Shown here: one piece after another, positions 32,163 to 42,030 of the stretch | How the letters are laid out: every line of letters begins with the position of its first letter | Position numbering within the stretch: the stretch's first letter is position 1 | Assembly (NCBI GenBank): GCA_903935585.1 | Contig: CAIZSE010000078.1 | Span: forward strand, 36,866-100,865 | Direction of reading: 5' to 3' | From: an uncultured Burkholderiales bacterium | GTDB lineage: Bacteria > Pseudomonadota > Gammaproteobacteria > Burkholderiales > Burkholderiaceae_C | DNA: 64,000 nt | Notes under the pieces: model-generated | What the model was told of the DNA's origin: nothing | The model's input: only the letters and a program-made list of their open reading frames with translations | Databases searched by the model: none | Made by a program: the position numbers and the translations under genes

Positions 32163-35100
32163 ATGAGTGCTCTCAACAACCAGCCCCTCTCCAAACTCCT
32201 GCGCACGCAGCTAGAAAACACCGTCAAAGTCGCCCGTGATGTGGCTGAGGTGGCTGCTACTGCCGCCTTGGCACAACTGGCTGTGGGCGAGGGCAAAGCG
32301 CCTGACTATTTAAGCGACCCACAAAAAGTCCTGCGCCGTCGCCTGCGTGCACACGGCCGAGCCTTGGGTGATGTCAAAGCCTCAGACGGCAGCCAAAGCA
32401 TTCGCCACCTGGTGTGGGAAACCGCTTACGAGCACTGGCACCGCATGCTGTTTGCCCGCTTCTTGGCTGAAAACGGTTTGCTGCTGTGGGAGCCGGGTGC
32501 ACCTGTGACCCTCGCCGAGTGCGAAGAAATGGCGGAAGACCCAGCCACCAGCTTGGGCGCTAAAAGTGGCTGGGACTTGGCAGGCAAGTTGGCCGCTCGC
32601 ATGCTGCCCCAGGTCTTCAAGCCGCAACACCCCGTGTTTGACATGGCCTTTGCCATTGAGCACCAGCGCAAACTCGAAACGTTGTTGGCCGCCTTGCCCG
32701 AAGAAGTCTTCAAAGCCAGTGACAGTCTGGGCTGGGTGTACCAGTTTTGGCAAGCCAAACGCAAGGACGAGGTCAACGCCTCTGAAGTCAAGATCGGCGC
32801 AGACGAGCTGTCCGCCGTAACTCAGCTCTTCACCGAACCTTACATGGTGGACTTCCTGTTGCACAACTCGCTGGGTGCCTGGTGGACCACTCGTCATCCA
32901 GGTAAAACTTGCCCAGTACCGCTGACCTATTTACGCACCTTGTACGATGGCATGCCCGCTGCGGGGAAGTTTGAAGGCTGGCCAGATACCCTAGAGCAAT
33001 TCAAGCTGCTGGACCCGTGCTGCGGCTCGGGCCACTTCTTGGTAGCTGCCTTCTTGCTTCTGGTGCCCATGCGCATGGCAGCCGAAGGCCTGACCGCCAT
33101 GGACGCGGTGGACCTGGTGCTGCAAGACAACTTGCACGGCCTGGAGCTGGATGCACGTTGCGTGGAGATTGCAGTGTTTGCCTTGGCCTTGGCGGCCTGG
33201 CGCTACCCAGATGAAAACGGAGACTCGCTTGGCGTGCGAGCAGACATGCCAGCGCCAAACATCGCTTGCTGCGGCTTGAAGGTGGGAGCCAAGTCTGCTG
33301 AGTGGACGGCGCTAGTCCCTGACCATGTTGAGAACGCCGATGAACTGAAGAATGGACTGCGGCAGCTACACAAAGCGTTCACGCAAGCACCCATTCTGGG
33401 AAGCTTGCTCGATACAGGCAAATCAAGTGGCGACCTGTTCACGGCCGATTACAAATTACTGTCCAGCTTGTTGCAACAGGCACTCAAGGCCGAGCAGCAA
33501 CCTGACTTGTTGGAGGACGCCTCTGCCACCTGGAACAACGCGTTAACAGCTCTCGGCTTGCTCGATGCTGCACGCTTGTTGGATAACCGATATCACTTGG
33601 TTATTACCAACGTGCCTTACTTGGCACGTGGCAAGCAAAACGACACGCTGAAGGAATACTGCGAAACGCATTACGGGGACGCCAAGAATGATTTGGCCAA
33701 TGTCTTCTTGGAGCGGTGTCTTGAGTTAAGCCAAGAACAAGGTGCGGGTGTTGTGCAAATCGTGATGCCGCAGAACTGGTTGTTCTTGCCAAGTTATAGG
33801 AAACAACGTGAATCTTTACTGAAGCGCGTTCAGTGGAATTTATTGGCGCGATTAGGCCCAGGGGCTTTCGAGACAATTGGCGGTGAAGTTGTACAGGTTG
33901 TCCTTTTAGTACAAACCCATGATATTGCACATGATGGATACTTACTCAGAGGTATCGATGCCAGTGTGTCTAAAGATGCACAAGAAAAGTCAATTGCGCT
34001 GAGACAATCGGTAATAGTTGAAGTCTCACAGAAAAGTCAGCTTGCTAATGGTGCACGGGTGAATCTCTCATCTGATTTAGATGCTGTTCGCCTCGGGAAG
34101 TATGGGCGCGCATGGCAAGGTTTAGTCACAGGTGATGACATGCGTTATGTTATTCGACACTGGGAAATAGTCGACCGTTTTAATATTTGGTCTAAATACC
34201 AAACACCACCTGATCGGTCTTTGCTGTACGCAGGAAGACATTCATTTGTCAGATGGGAAAATAAGCAAGGGGACTTGCATCTAAATTCAAAGGCCCATAA
34301 TTTTCCCCCGGCATCATTGATTGGATCTAAAGGTGTTGCAATTCAGCAGATGAGTTCCCTCTTTGTGACGCTCCATTCAGGTGAAATTTTTTCACCTACA
34401 GTTTCACCTTTTATTATTAAGGATGAAAAACTACTTCCAGCACTTTGGTCTTTCGCAGAGTCCCCAGAGTTTGCAATTGAAGTTCGAAAGTTAAATCAGA
34501 AGGTTAACGTCACAAACGGCACTTTTAATGATCTACCTTTCGACGCTGCGCATTGGCAACAAGTGGCCGTTGAGCGCTATCCCAACGGATTGCCCAAACC
34601 ATATTCGGATGATCCCACCCAGTGGCTGTTTCACGGCCACCCACAGCCTTCAATCGATCCGCTTCAAGTAGCAGTTGCCCGCCTGGCCAGTTACCGCTGG
34701 CCCGCAGAAACCGATGCATCCATGGAGTTGTCCGACGAGGCACGCTCGTGGATTACACAGTGCGACAAACTGTCAGAGCACACCGACGATGACGGCATCA
34801 TCTGCCTGCCCTCGGTACGCGGCGAGCCAGCAGCACATGATCGCTTGCTCAAGCTCTTGATTGCTGCCTGGGAGACAGTACAGCCCGGCAGCTGGAAGCC
34901 CGCTGTGCTCGACAAGCTGCTGACTGACGCCGACTGGGCTGGCAAGGGCCTGGACACTTGGTTGCGCGAAAAGTTTTTCGAGCAACACGCCAAGCGCTTT
35001 CACCACCGGCCTTTCATCTGGCATGTGTGGGATGGCCTGAAAGACGGCTTTGCCGCGCTGGTTAACTACCACAAGCTCGACACCAAAAACCTGGAGCGCT

Positions 35101-35519
35101 TGATCCACACCTACCTTGGTGACTGGATTCGCCAGCAAGAAGGTGGCGTGCGAGATGGTGTGGACGGAGCCCCAACACGACTGGCCGCGGCACACGACCT
35201 TAAGCGTCGATTGGAATTGATCTTGGAGGGCGAAAAGCCCTACGACATCTTCGTGCGCTGGAAGTCCCTGTCCGAACAACCCATCGGCTGGAACCCCGAC
35301 CTGAACGACGGCGTGCGCATGAACATCCGCCCCTTCATGACCGCCGAAGTCCTGCGCCACAACAAAAAGCCCAAGCTCAACATCGCCTGGGACAAAGACC
35401 GGGGCAAGGATGTGGAGAGCGCGCCTTGGTTCAAGGTGTACAAAGGGGAGCGCATCAACGACCATCATTCGTCATTGGCGGAGAAGCAAGAAGCTCAGAT
35501 CAAGGCTGGGAGAAGCTGA
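32163..35519 (+). CDS. pglX: BREX adenine methyltransferase PglX
   Basis: VTQLFTEPYMV, LLDPCCGSGHFL (motif I), LHGLELD, ITNVPY (motif IV variant), RPFIWHVWDG, DLNDGVRMNIRP. Confidence 0.9.
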   Translation: MSALNNQPLSKLLRTQLENTVKVARDVAEVAATAALAQLAVGEGKAPDYLSDPQKVLRRRLRAHGRALGDVKASDGSQSIRHLVWETAYEHWHRMLFARFLAENGLLLWEPGAPVTLAECEEMAEDPATSLGAKSGWDLAGKLAARMLPQVFKPQHPVFDMAFAIEHQRKLETLLAALPEEVFKASDSLGWVYQFWQAKRKDEVNASEVKIGADELSAVTQLFTEPYMVDFLLHNSLGAWWTTRHPGKTCPVPLTYLRTLYDGMPAAGKFEGWPDTLEQFKLLDPCCGSGHFLVAAFLLLVPMRMAAEGLTAMDAVDLVLQDNLHGLELDARCVEIAVFALALAAWRYPDENGDSLGVRADMPAPNIACCGLKVGAKSAEWTALVPDHVENADELKNGLRQLHKAFTQAPILGSLLDTGKSSGDLFTADYKLLSSLLQQALKAEQQPDLLEDASATWNNALTALGLLDAARLLDNRYHLVITNVPYLARGKQNDTLKEYCETHYGDAKNDLANVFLERCLELSQEQGAGVVQIVMPQNWLFLPSYRKQRESLLKRVQWNLLARLGPGAFETIGGEVVQVVLLVQTHDIAHDGYLLRGIDASVSKDAQEKSIALRQSVIVEVSQKSQLANGARVNLSSDLDAVRLGKYGRAWQGLVTGDDMRYVIRHWEIVDRFNIWSKYQTPPDRSLLYAGRHSFVRWENKQGDLHLNSKAHNFPPASLIGSKGVAIQQMSSLFVTLHSGEIFSPTVSPFIIKDEKLLPALWSFAESPEFAIEVRKLNQKVNVTNGTFNDLPFDAAHWQQVAVERYPNGLPKPYSDDPTQWLFHGHPQPSIDPLQVAVARLASYRWPAETDASMELSDEARSWITQCDKLSEHTDDDGIICLPSVRGEPAAHDRLLKLLIAAWETVQPGSWKPAVLDKLLTDADWAGKGLDTWLREKFFEQHAKRFHHRPFIWHVWDGLKDGFAALVNYHKLDTKNLERLIHTYLGDWIRQQEGGVRDGVDGAPTRLAAAHDLKRRLELILEGEKPYDIFVRWKSLSEQPIGWNPDLNDGVRMNIRPFMTAEVLRHNKKPKLNIAWDKDRGKDVESAPWFKVYKGERINDHHSSLAEKQEAQIKAGRS

Positions 35520-35521
35520 GC

Positions 35522-36634
35522 ATGGGGTTTTGGCACACTGGCTACGAAGAGTTTCATGAGCCCGTGGGCTTGGACGATGTCGTCTTTACGCCTTCCCCAC
35601 CTAAACGCTTTTATTGCGAGCAATGCACTAAGCATTTCGGTGATTTGGAGTCTCTAAGACGTCACCGGTTTGAGTCTCATCCCTTGCGGCAGCCCACATT
35701 GATGGTACGTGGCCAATCTGTTGGCCAATTGCCATTGAAGGTGATGATGCCTCTTCAGTCGAAAGATGTGGCAGTTGAGGACACGCTTGTTTGTCGATTC
35801 AATGGACTGTCAATTGACCCAGCTGAATTGGGTAAAAGACTGGCATCTTTGAGAAGGGAATTTGTCGAAGTTGAATTGGGCAATTCAGGAGCAATGACTC
35901 GCTGTGCTTTGGATTTTTGCGTTGCGGATGTCTTTGACTTAAAGGGGGTTGAGGCCGCATTCTTGCGCATGGCGCGAGATAGGAGTCTCAGTATCGATGC
36001 GATTGCAGGATTCAATCAAGATTGCAAATCCTTTACGAGCGCAGGCATGTATGCACATGGCGTTAGTCAATACCTCTACGGTGTCATGGCTAAAGAGCGT
36101 GCACCAGATTCGGGCATTCCAATTGATCAGTACACGGAAAAGTTTCTTCAGGCAAATGACGTTTTATCTGGGTTTGATCGGCCACTATCAAACAGCATCA
36201 GAGCGTTGGTAGCATTCCATTTCAACCATTTTGGCGATGCTCAAGTCTTGGCCCCTGAGGGGGCTTTGCGCCATACGGCTGCTGTTTTCAAAGGTTTGTT
36301 ACTGGGTGACCCATGGCATTTTGAACAAGTACAAATTACCTTGGGGCCGGTTGAAAATTTACTCACGGATCAAGACACCTTGTATTTACTCAGGGATGCG
36401 AGCTTGGGGCAAACCCAGCTGAAAGAGCACGCTCAGGATATTGTGAGCAGATACAACAGACTCCCCGGTGGTTATGACCATCTCAAGCGATCGTTGTTGG
36501 CTACAGAGGCCCTGATGCTGTGTGGCGATCAAGAATCGATGCTCCAAGCACGTCAAATAGCCCGCAGGTGGTCGAGTACGGCGGACGCCAGCGCTTGGGC
36601 TCAAGCCATGCTAGAAAAATTAGGTAGATCATGA
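35522..36634 (+). CDS. C2H2 zinc-finger-containing hypothetical protein (insert gene 1)
   Basis: FYCEQCTKHFGDLESLRRHRFESH (C-x2-C-x12-H-x4-H); ATG 2 nt after the pglX stop. Confidence 0.75.
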   Translation: MGFWHTGYEEFHEPVGLDDVVFTPSPPKRFYCEQCTKHFGDLESLRRHRFESHPLRQPTLMVRGQSVGQLPLKVMMPLQSKDVAVEDTLVCRFNGLSIDPAELGKRLASLRREFVEVELGNSGAMTRCALDFCVADVFDLKGVEAAFLRMARDRSLSIDAIAGFNQDCKSFTSAGMYAHGVSQYLYGVMAKERAPDSGIPIDQYTEKFLQANDVLSGFDRPLSNSIRALVAFHFNHFGDAQVLAPEGALRHTAAVFKGLLLGDPWHFEQVQITLGPVENLLTDQDTLYLLRDASLGQTQLKEHAQDIVSRYNRLPGGYDHLKRSLLATEALMLCGDQESMLQARQIARRWSSTADASAWAQAMLEKLGRS

Positions 36635-37875
36635 GCAAACACCACGAAAAACGACAAGTTCAAATTACCAATGTCACGACTGGGCAAACCCGACTTTCAG
36701 AACCAATGCCAGTGCAAGGCCCACGCACAGAAGCAGAAATCGATTCTGTCTTGTCACAAGATGCTGAGTCTGCACCCGTTGTGATGGTCCAGCAGGAGGT
36801 GATTAGCAGTCCTGATGAGAAGAAGTCCACCCCGAAGAAGTCGAAGCCTGAAATTGAGACGCTTGAACAGTTCATCTCTTATGTCTATTCACGTAAGGGG
36901 CAGCGTGCCTCGCTGTCATCAAAGGTAGAGCGTCTGATCGCAGAAAACCCTCGGCTCAATGACGAAGCTGAGTTGCGTTTATCGGGCCTAGCTCAAGCCG
37001 ATGAATGGTTGGCTGTACCGCGTGAACTTCTGCTCATTAGTCGTGAGGTGGTCGGTTTTCCGGCCTTGAGAGAGGCGTTTACATCGTTCGTTATGGATGT
37101 GATGTTGAAGCACCCAGCATTCGCTGCAGAGAGTTTGCAGGCGACAGTGCGTCACTTGCCTGACGCACCGTCCCCATTTGAGGCCCTAACAATGCTGTCA
37201 ACGTGGCAGCCGGCCCCCAAAAAAGCCGAAGAAGACAAGGAGGTCGCTTTCAAGCCTGCTGAAGTCCACGCAGGACGACGCAACGCGGTTAATCTTTTGG
37301 TGACATGGTTTTATTGTCACCGCAGTTTGAATTTAGAGGAGTTGGCTGGCCTGTTGATGCAGGTGTCATGGCAGGAGTCTGGGCGAACTCTGGAAACCGA
37401 TGCCGACAAGATTCGGGCATTGACGAGCCTGGACGACTCTGCTGTGCTTGGATGGCTTGGCCAGCGGTGGCGTCAGCAAATGATGGATGCACGCAACGCT
37501 CAAGCCCATTCAGTCAGGGAGTTTGAATCGGCTCGTACCCAAGTCGAAGCATTAAATGCTGAAATTACTCAGTTGCGCAGTGATCTTGTAGATCGTGATG
37601 CTCAGTTGATCAATTCGCGTGAGCAGAGTACCCAAGCCCTGACCGAACTGACAACACGCCATGCCGCAGAAACAATGCATTTGAGCCACGAGATTGAAAC
37701 GTTGCGTGGTCGTTTGGTGCGTCGTTTGAATGAAAGTACGGAGATGCTGGAGGTCGGCTTGTCTGCTTTACGTAGCAACACACCGAACATCAACGTCATG
37801 GTCCAACGCGCTGAGCGCGTGGTTGATGCTTTGCGTTTAGAACTCAAAAGCTTAGGGAGTGATGAAAATGCCTAA
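36631..37875 (+). CDS. Hypothetical protein with C-terminal coiled coil (insert gene 2)
   Basis: 414 aa, ATGA overlap with previous gene; heptad-rich C-terminal third. Confidence 0.75.
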   Translation: MSKHHEKRQVQITNVTTGQTRLSEPMPVQGPRTEAEIDSVLSQDAESAPVVMVQQEVISSPDEKKSTPKKSKPEIETLEQFISYVYSRKGQRASLSSKVERLIAENPRLNDEAELRLSGLAQADEWLAVPRELLLISREVVGFPALREAFTSFVMDVMLKHPAFAAESLQATVRHLPDAPSPFEALTMLSTWQPAPKKAEEDKEVAFKPAEVHAGRRNAVNLLVTWFYCHRSLNLEELAGLLMQVSWQESGRTLETDADKIRALTSLDDSAVLGWLGQRWRQQMMDARNAQAHSVREFESARTQVEALNAEITQLRSDLVDRDAQLINSREQSTQALTELTTRHAAETMHLSHEIETLRGRLVRRLNESTEMLEVGLSALRSNTPNINVMVQRAERVVDALRLELKSLGSDENA

Positions 37876-39694
37876 TAAAGAAGTTGTTCTCGGATTCGAC
37901 TTTGGCACAACGAACAGCCTCGCCTCAGTGGTCGTGGGTGATTCGGTCATTACTTTTCTAGACAATGAACAGCCCATACCTTCTGTTGTGAGTTTTGAGG
38001 GGGGTAAGGTTGAGGTCGGTCGTAAGGCTCGCGACAAACTGACAAGTGCAGGTTTGGGTGTCCAGGGCAGTACCGTACGCTCGCCAAAAACCTTGTTGGG
38101 CCGTGAAGAATTCATCATTGATGGCGTCAGAAGAGATCCGGTCAAGATGGTCGAGCACGTCTTGGAGCACGTTCGGCAGTTCGTGTTGCAAACCAGAGTC
38201 GGCCAAAATTTGAAGATGAATCGTGTCGTTGCGACCATTCCTGTAAACATGGAGGGTAGGCGACGTGCACTGTTGCGCCAGGCGTTCAGGCAGGCCGGTA
38301 TGAGTGTTGTGCAATTTGTTCACGAGCCACTGGCTGCTCTTTATGGCTACTTGCGTAATTCACAAGCTACCGATGATTTGGTTCGGCGTTACAACGGAAA
38401 ATTAGTCTTGGTTTTCGATTGGGGCGGTGGCACACTTGATTTGACTCTTTGCCGTGTTCTGGATGGTCTATTGGTTCAAGTTGCTAACGACGGCACTGAC
38501 GACGTTGGCGGTGACATCTTCGATGAAGCACTGCGCAATGAGGTCGAAAAAAGATCAATTCGACAATTAGGCCTAGGAGATGACGTTGAGGTCCTGCCCG
38601 AGGCAAGAAAACGTTTGTTGCATGAGTGCGAGCAAGCAAAAATTCAGCTCAGTGGCAAAAGCAATTGGACTGTTTATGTTGATCCTTACTATCAAAGTGA
38701 AAATAAATCTACGTTGGATGTCACTTTGTCCAGGGAGGATTTGCAGGACATCGTGGGTGGCCTGATAAGCAACGGTGTAGGTCGTATTGAACGTTTGCTT
38801 GAGCGTGAAGGATATTCCACCGCTTCTATTGAACTTTGTTTGGCTACGGGCGGTATGGTCAACATGCCAATGGTCAAAAATCGTTTAGATGAACTTTTTG
38901 GCCCAGGCCGTGTGCATGTTTCGAAAAACAGTGCTTCGGCGATTGCAGATGGGGCTGCTTGGGTTGCGCATGATGAGGCCAGGCTGCACTTGGCTAAAAA
39001 TATCGAGTTGACGCTTGCGCGTAACTCTTATTTGCCTCTTCTTACTGCTGGGGTAGAAATGCCCTTGGAGCGTGAGCAGCGTAAAGAACGTTTTTCGCTT
39101 TATTGCGTTGATCCAACAGATGGGTTTGGTAAGTTCAATGTCGTGAGTCCGCATCGTCCTGGACCACGTGTTCTTCCCGACGATAAGCGGCGGCCACTTT
39201 GCAGCATGCTTTTGAAAGTTGATTCAAAAGCAAACCCTTTCCGCGAACGAATCGAACTTGACTTGAGCATTGATGAGGACTTGGTCCTGAATTTAAATGC
39301 TTGGTCAATGAACCAAAAAGGCCAGGTTGTTGCACAGGTACATGATTTAGAGTTCGCCTTGGCTACACCCGGCGCTCATTCAGGATGGATCACTTCAGCC
39401 ATCATGGATGGCCAAGGTTCCTCAGGTGGTGGGCACGAAGCTGGTGACTTGGTTGCTCGATCAAACCTTGCTAATCGCGAGGACAACAGCCTGGTCCCAG
39501 GCGAGGTAATGTACAGAGCAGATCCAACTTATTTCTGGACTCACACAGGAAAACGGCCGCCTCAAATTCAAGAGGATGAACGTTTGTATTACGAGCCGTG
39601 TGTCATCTGTGGCCGATCATCAAACGATCCTTTGTGCATTTGCTCTAGTGGCACTGCTTACAGGCCGAATCATCCATCGAGCCCTTCAGTATGA
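37868..39694 (+). CDS. Atypical Hsp70/DnaK-family ATPase with C-terminal Cys cluster (insert gene 3)
   Basis: GFDFGTTNS, HEPLAA, VFDWGGGTLD, VGGDIFD, ATGGMVNMP Hsp70 motifs; ends CVICGRSSNDPLCIC; AGGGAG RBS before ATG 37868. Confidence 0.85.
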   Translation: MPNKEVVLGFDFGTTNSLASVVVGDSVITFLDNEQPIPSVVSFEGGKVEVGRKARDKLTSAGLGVQGSTVRSPKTLLGREEFIIDGVRRDPVKMVEHVLEHVRQFVLQTRVGQNLKMNRVVATIPVNMEGRRRALLRQAFRQAGMSVVQFVHEPLAALYGYLRNSQATDDLVRRYNGKLVLVFDWGGGTLDLTLCRVLDGLLVQVANDGTDDVGGDIFDEALRNEVEKRSIRQLGLGDDVEVLPEARKRLLHECEQAKIQLSGKSNWTVYVDPYYQSENKSTLDVTLSREDLQDIVGGLISNGVGRIERLLEREGYSTASIELCLATGGMVNMPMVKNRLDELFGPGRVHVSKNSASAIADGAAWVAHDEARLHLAKNIELTLARNSYLPLLTAGVEMPLEREQRKERFSLYCVDPTDGFGKFNVVSPHRPGPRVLPDDKRRPLCSMLLKVDSKANPFRERIELDLSIDEDLVLNLNAWSMNQKGQVVAQVHDLEFALATPGAHSGWITSAIMDGQGSSGGGHEAGDLVARSNLANREDNSLVPGEVMYRADPTYFWTHTGKRPPQIQEDERLYYEPCVICGRSSNDPLCICSSGTAYRPNHPSSPSV

Positions 39695-42021
39695 GCGATA
39701 AGTTACTTGACCGACTTGTATCGGCCTTAAACAAAGCGGCGGCAGTGAACAGTCAAGCTGCCGTTCCGCCTGCGGTTATTTTGTGGCCTGACAAAGACAA
39801 ACAATGGGAATCAGTCATTGCGCCATTGATGGCGTTAATGCCCCATGTATATAAATTGGGGCAGTTCAATCCTGCACTTCACTCAGGTCCGGCTATTTGG
39901 TTGAAATGTGCCATAGCGGGTTTTATGGATGACGCTACGAGAACTGAAATTCCAGTGATTTATTTGCCTGGTGTTGGACGTTCAGAGTTGAGGGCTATAG
40001 AGTCTTGCTCACGTGAGTTGCAACCGCTTGCTGAACTTCAATACCGTGGTGTTTTCTGGAGCCAGGTTAGTGCGAAAGATTGGACGATTGGCGCCTTTTT
40101 ATCCTCGAAAAATGGTGGTCTTGGGTTGGATGTGGCTCAAGATAGAGCGACTCAAGAGGCCTTAATTCAAGCGGTTGAAGCAGGGGTTCTGTTGGAGCGC
40201 TCAGTGTTAGAGCTGATGGGGCGTCCGATCAATGCTGCTTGGCTGAACAGTTTGTTGGCCCCTAATCCGACCCGTGATTTGTTGGTGTGGATGAATGACC
40301 CTGAGGCTGCCCATGCGAAGTGGTCCAAACAGCAGTGGGCAATTTTTGACAAGCGGGCTAAGGCTGATTTCGGTTTTGACCCCAAAGCTGATGGCGTTTT
40401 GGTTGCCGCAGAGAAGTTGGCCAAAGCAGAGGGCCAGTGGGCGGCTGTTTCTGAGCTGTACAAAGATTCGTTTGGCAGCTTTCCAAAGATTTTTGATTTG
40501 TTGGCTCAGGTTCAACCGCCTCAGCGTAATTTGTTTGATGGCTTTGAGGGGCAAGAGGGTTATCCACAGGCCAACGAAGGTGGAGAGTCTTCTTTGCGTT
40601 ACGCCCTGGCAGCTTGTGGTCCCATGATGCCTGACCAAGCGCGAGATGAAATTGCCAAGATCGAAAGAGATCATGGCGTTCGTCGCACTTGGCTTTGGGC
40701 GCGCATGGGGCAAGCACCTTTGGCCACGGCCCTGGAATTTCTGGCCACAGTGGCTGCCGCAAGCAAGCAATTGCCCGTGGGGGCCACCCCAGATGCATTG
40801 GCTTTGAGTTACCAACAAACCGGTTGGCAAGTAGATTTCGCCGCCATGCGGGCTTTGGCTGCGGTCACTTCCAAGGTGGATGTCGACGCCGTTTCATTGG
40901 CATTGCGTGCGGTCTATTTGCCTTGGCTTGAAGAGTCGGCCAAGCGTTTGCAAGACGCCGTCAAGACGGCTGGCGGTTTGCGTGTCGGTGCTCAAGCCAA
41001 TGGGGCAGAACCCGTTGCGGGTGTTTGCACTGTTTTTGTGGATGGTCTGCGCTATGACGTTGCCACACGATTGCAAGAGCTGTTGGGAAGTGTTGGAACG
41101 ACAACTTTGGATGCTGCATGGACCAGCATGCCTTCGGTGACGGCATCCGGCAAAGCGTGGTGTTCTCCCGTGGCACGTTGGATCAGCGGTGACCCAGCAG
41201 ACACAGAGTTCCAGCCGCGTGTATCTGCTGACGGCAAGCCGCTTTCAACTCACAACTTCAGAAAATTGTTGTCAGACCATGGTGTGCAGTTCTTAGACAA
41301 GCACGAGACTGGAAATGCTGCTGGTGCTGCTTGGACCGAGACTGGGGATTTGGACCACTATGGTCACCAACACGGTATCAGACTGGCCCGTGACATGGAA
41401 GTTCAGTTAGCCCAGGTAGTAGAACGAATTTTGGAGCTTGAGCAAGCGGGTTGGAAAAAGTTCCGCATAGTGACTGACCATGGTTGGTTGCTGCTGCCTG
41501 GTGGATTGCCCAAGTCAGAATTACCCAAGCATCAAGCTGAAACGCGCTGGGGGCGTTGCGCTGTCTTGAAGGATTCTGCCCATGGCACGCCGCTGACCTT
41601 TGGCTGGGATTGGTGCAATGACGTCCAAGTGGCTTACGCGCCTGGGGTTTCATCTTTTGTGGCAGGCAGCGACTATGCGCATGGGGGCATCAGCTTCCAA
41701 GAGTGTTGGGTGCCTGTTGTAACCCTGGAATCGGGAATGAGCGCTGTTGGCCAAGCCAAAGCCACCATTGACTCCGTGACCTGGAGGGGACTGCGGTGTA
41801 CGTTACTGGTGTCGTCACTGTCAGGTGACTTGAGCTTGGATATTCGTACCAAGCCCGCCCAGTCATCCAGCAGTCTGGTGTCGCAGCCCAAGCTGTTGGT
41901 GGATGGCAAGGCCAGTTTGGCCATCGTTGATGATGACCAATTGGGCGCTGCTGCTGTAGTGGTAGTCCTTGATACTCAAGGCAATGTGATTCAGAAAATG
42001 GCGACGACTGTCGGCGGATAA
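39691..42021 (+). CDS. pglZ: BREX PglZ alkaline-phosphatase-superfamily protein
   Basis: FVDGLRYD, TSMPSVTASGK, IVTDHGW, YAHGGISFQE. Confidence 0.88.
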   Translation: MSDKLLDRLVSALNKAAAVNSQAAVPPAVILWPDKDKQWESVIAPLMALMPHVYKLGQFNPALHSGPAIWLKCAIAGFMDDATRTEIPVIYLPGVGRSELRAIESCSRELQPLAELQYRGVFWSQVSAKDWTIGAFLSSKNGGLGLDVAQDRATQEALIQAVEAGVLLERSVLELMGRPINAAWLNSLLAPNPTRDLLVWMNDPEAAHAKWSKQQWAIFDKRAKADFGFDPKADGVLVAAEKLAKAEGQWAAVSELYKDSFGSFPKIFDLLAQVQPPQRNLFDGFEGQEGYPQANEGGESSLRYALAACGPMMPDQARDEIAKIERDHGVRRTWLWARMGQAPLATALEFLATVAAASKQLPVGATPDALALSYQQTGWQVDFAAMRALAAVTSKVDVDAVSLALRAVYLPWLEESAKRLQDAVKTAGGLRVGAQANGAEPVAGVCTVFVDGLRYDVATRLQELLGSVGTTTLDAAWTSMPSVTASGKAWCSPVARWISGDPADTEFQPRVSADGKPLSTHNFRKLLSDHGVQFLDKHETGNAAGAAWTETGDLDHYGHQHGIRLARDMEVQLAQVVERILELEQAGWKKFRIVTDHGWLLLPGGLPKSELPKHQAETRWGRCAVLKDSAHGTPLTFGWDWCNDVQVAYAPGVSSFVAGSDYAHGGISFQECWVPVVTLESGMSAVGQAKATIDSVTWRGLRCTLLVSSLSGDLSLDIRTKPAQSSSSLVSQPKLLVDGKASLAIVDDDQLGAAAVVVVLDTQGNVIQKMATTVGG

Positions 42022-42030
42022 GGAATAAAG

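Noticed and set aside
37868-39694. Calling the island Hsp70 dnaK or hscC
   Set aside because: No lid domain, no J-domain or canonical GrpE partner, and divergent motifs; left as atypical Hsp70
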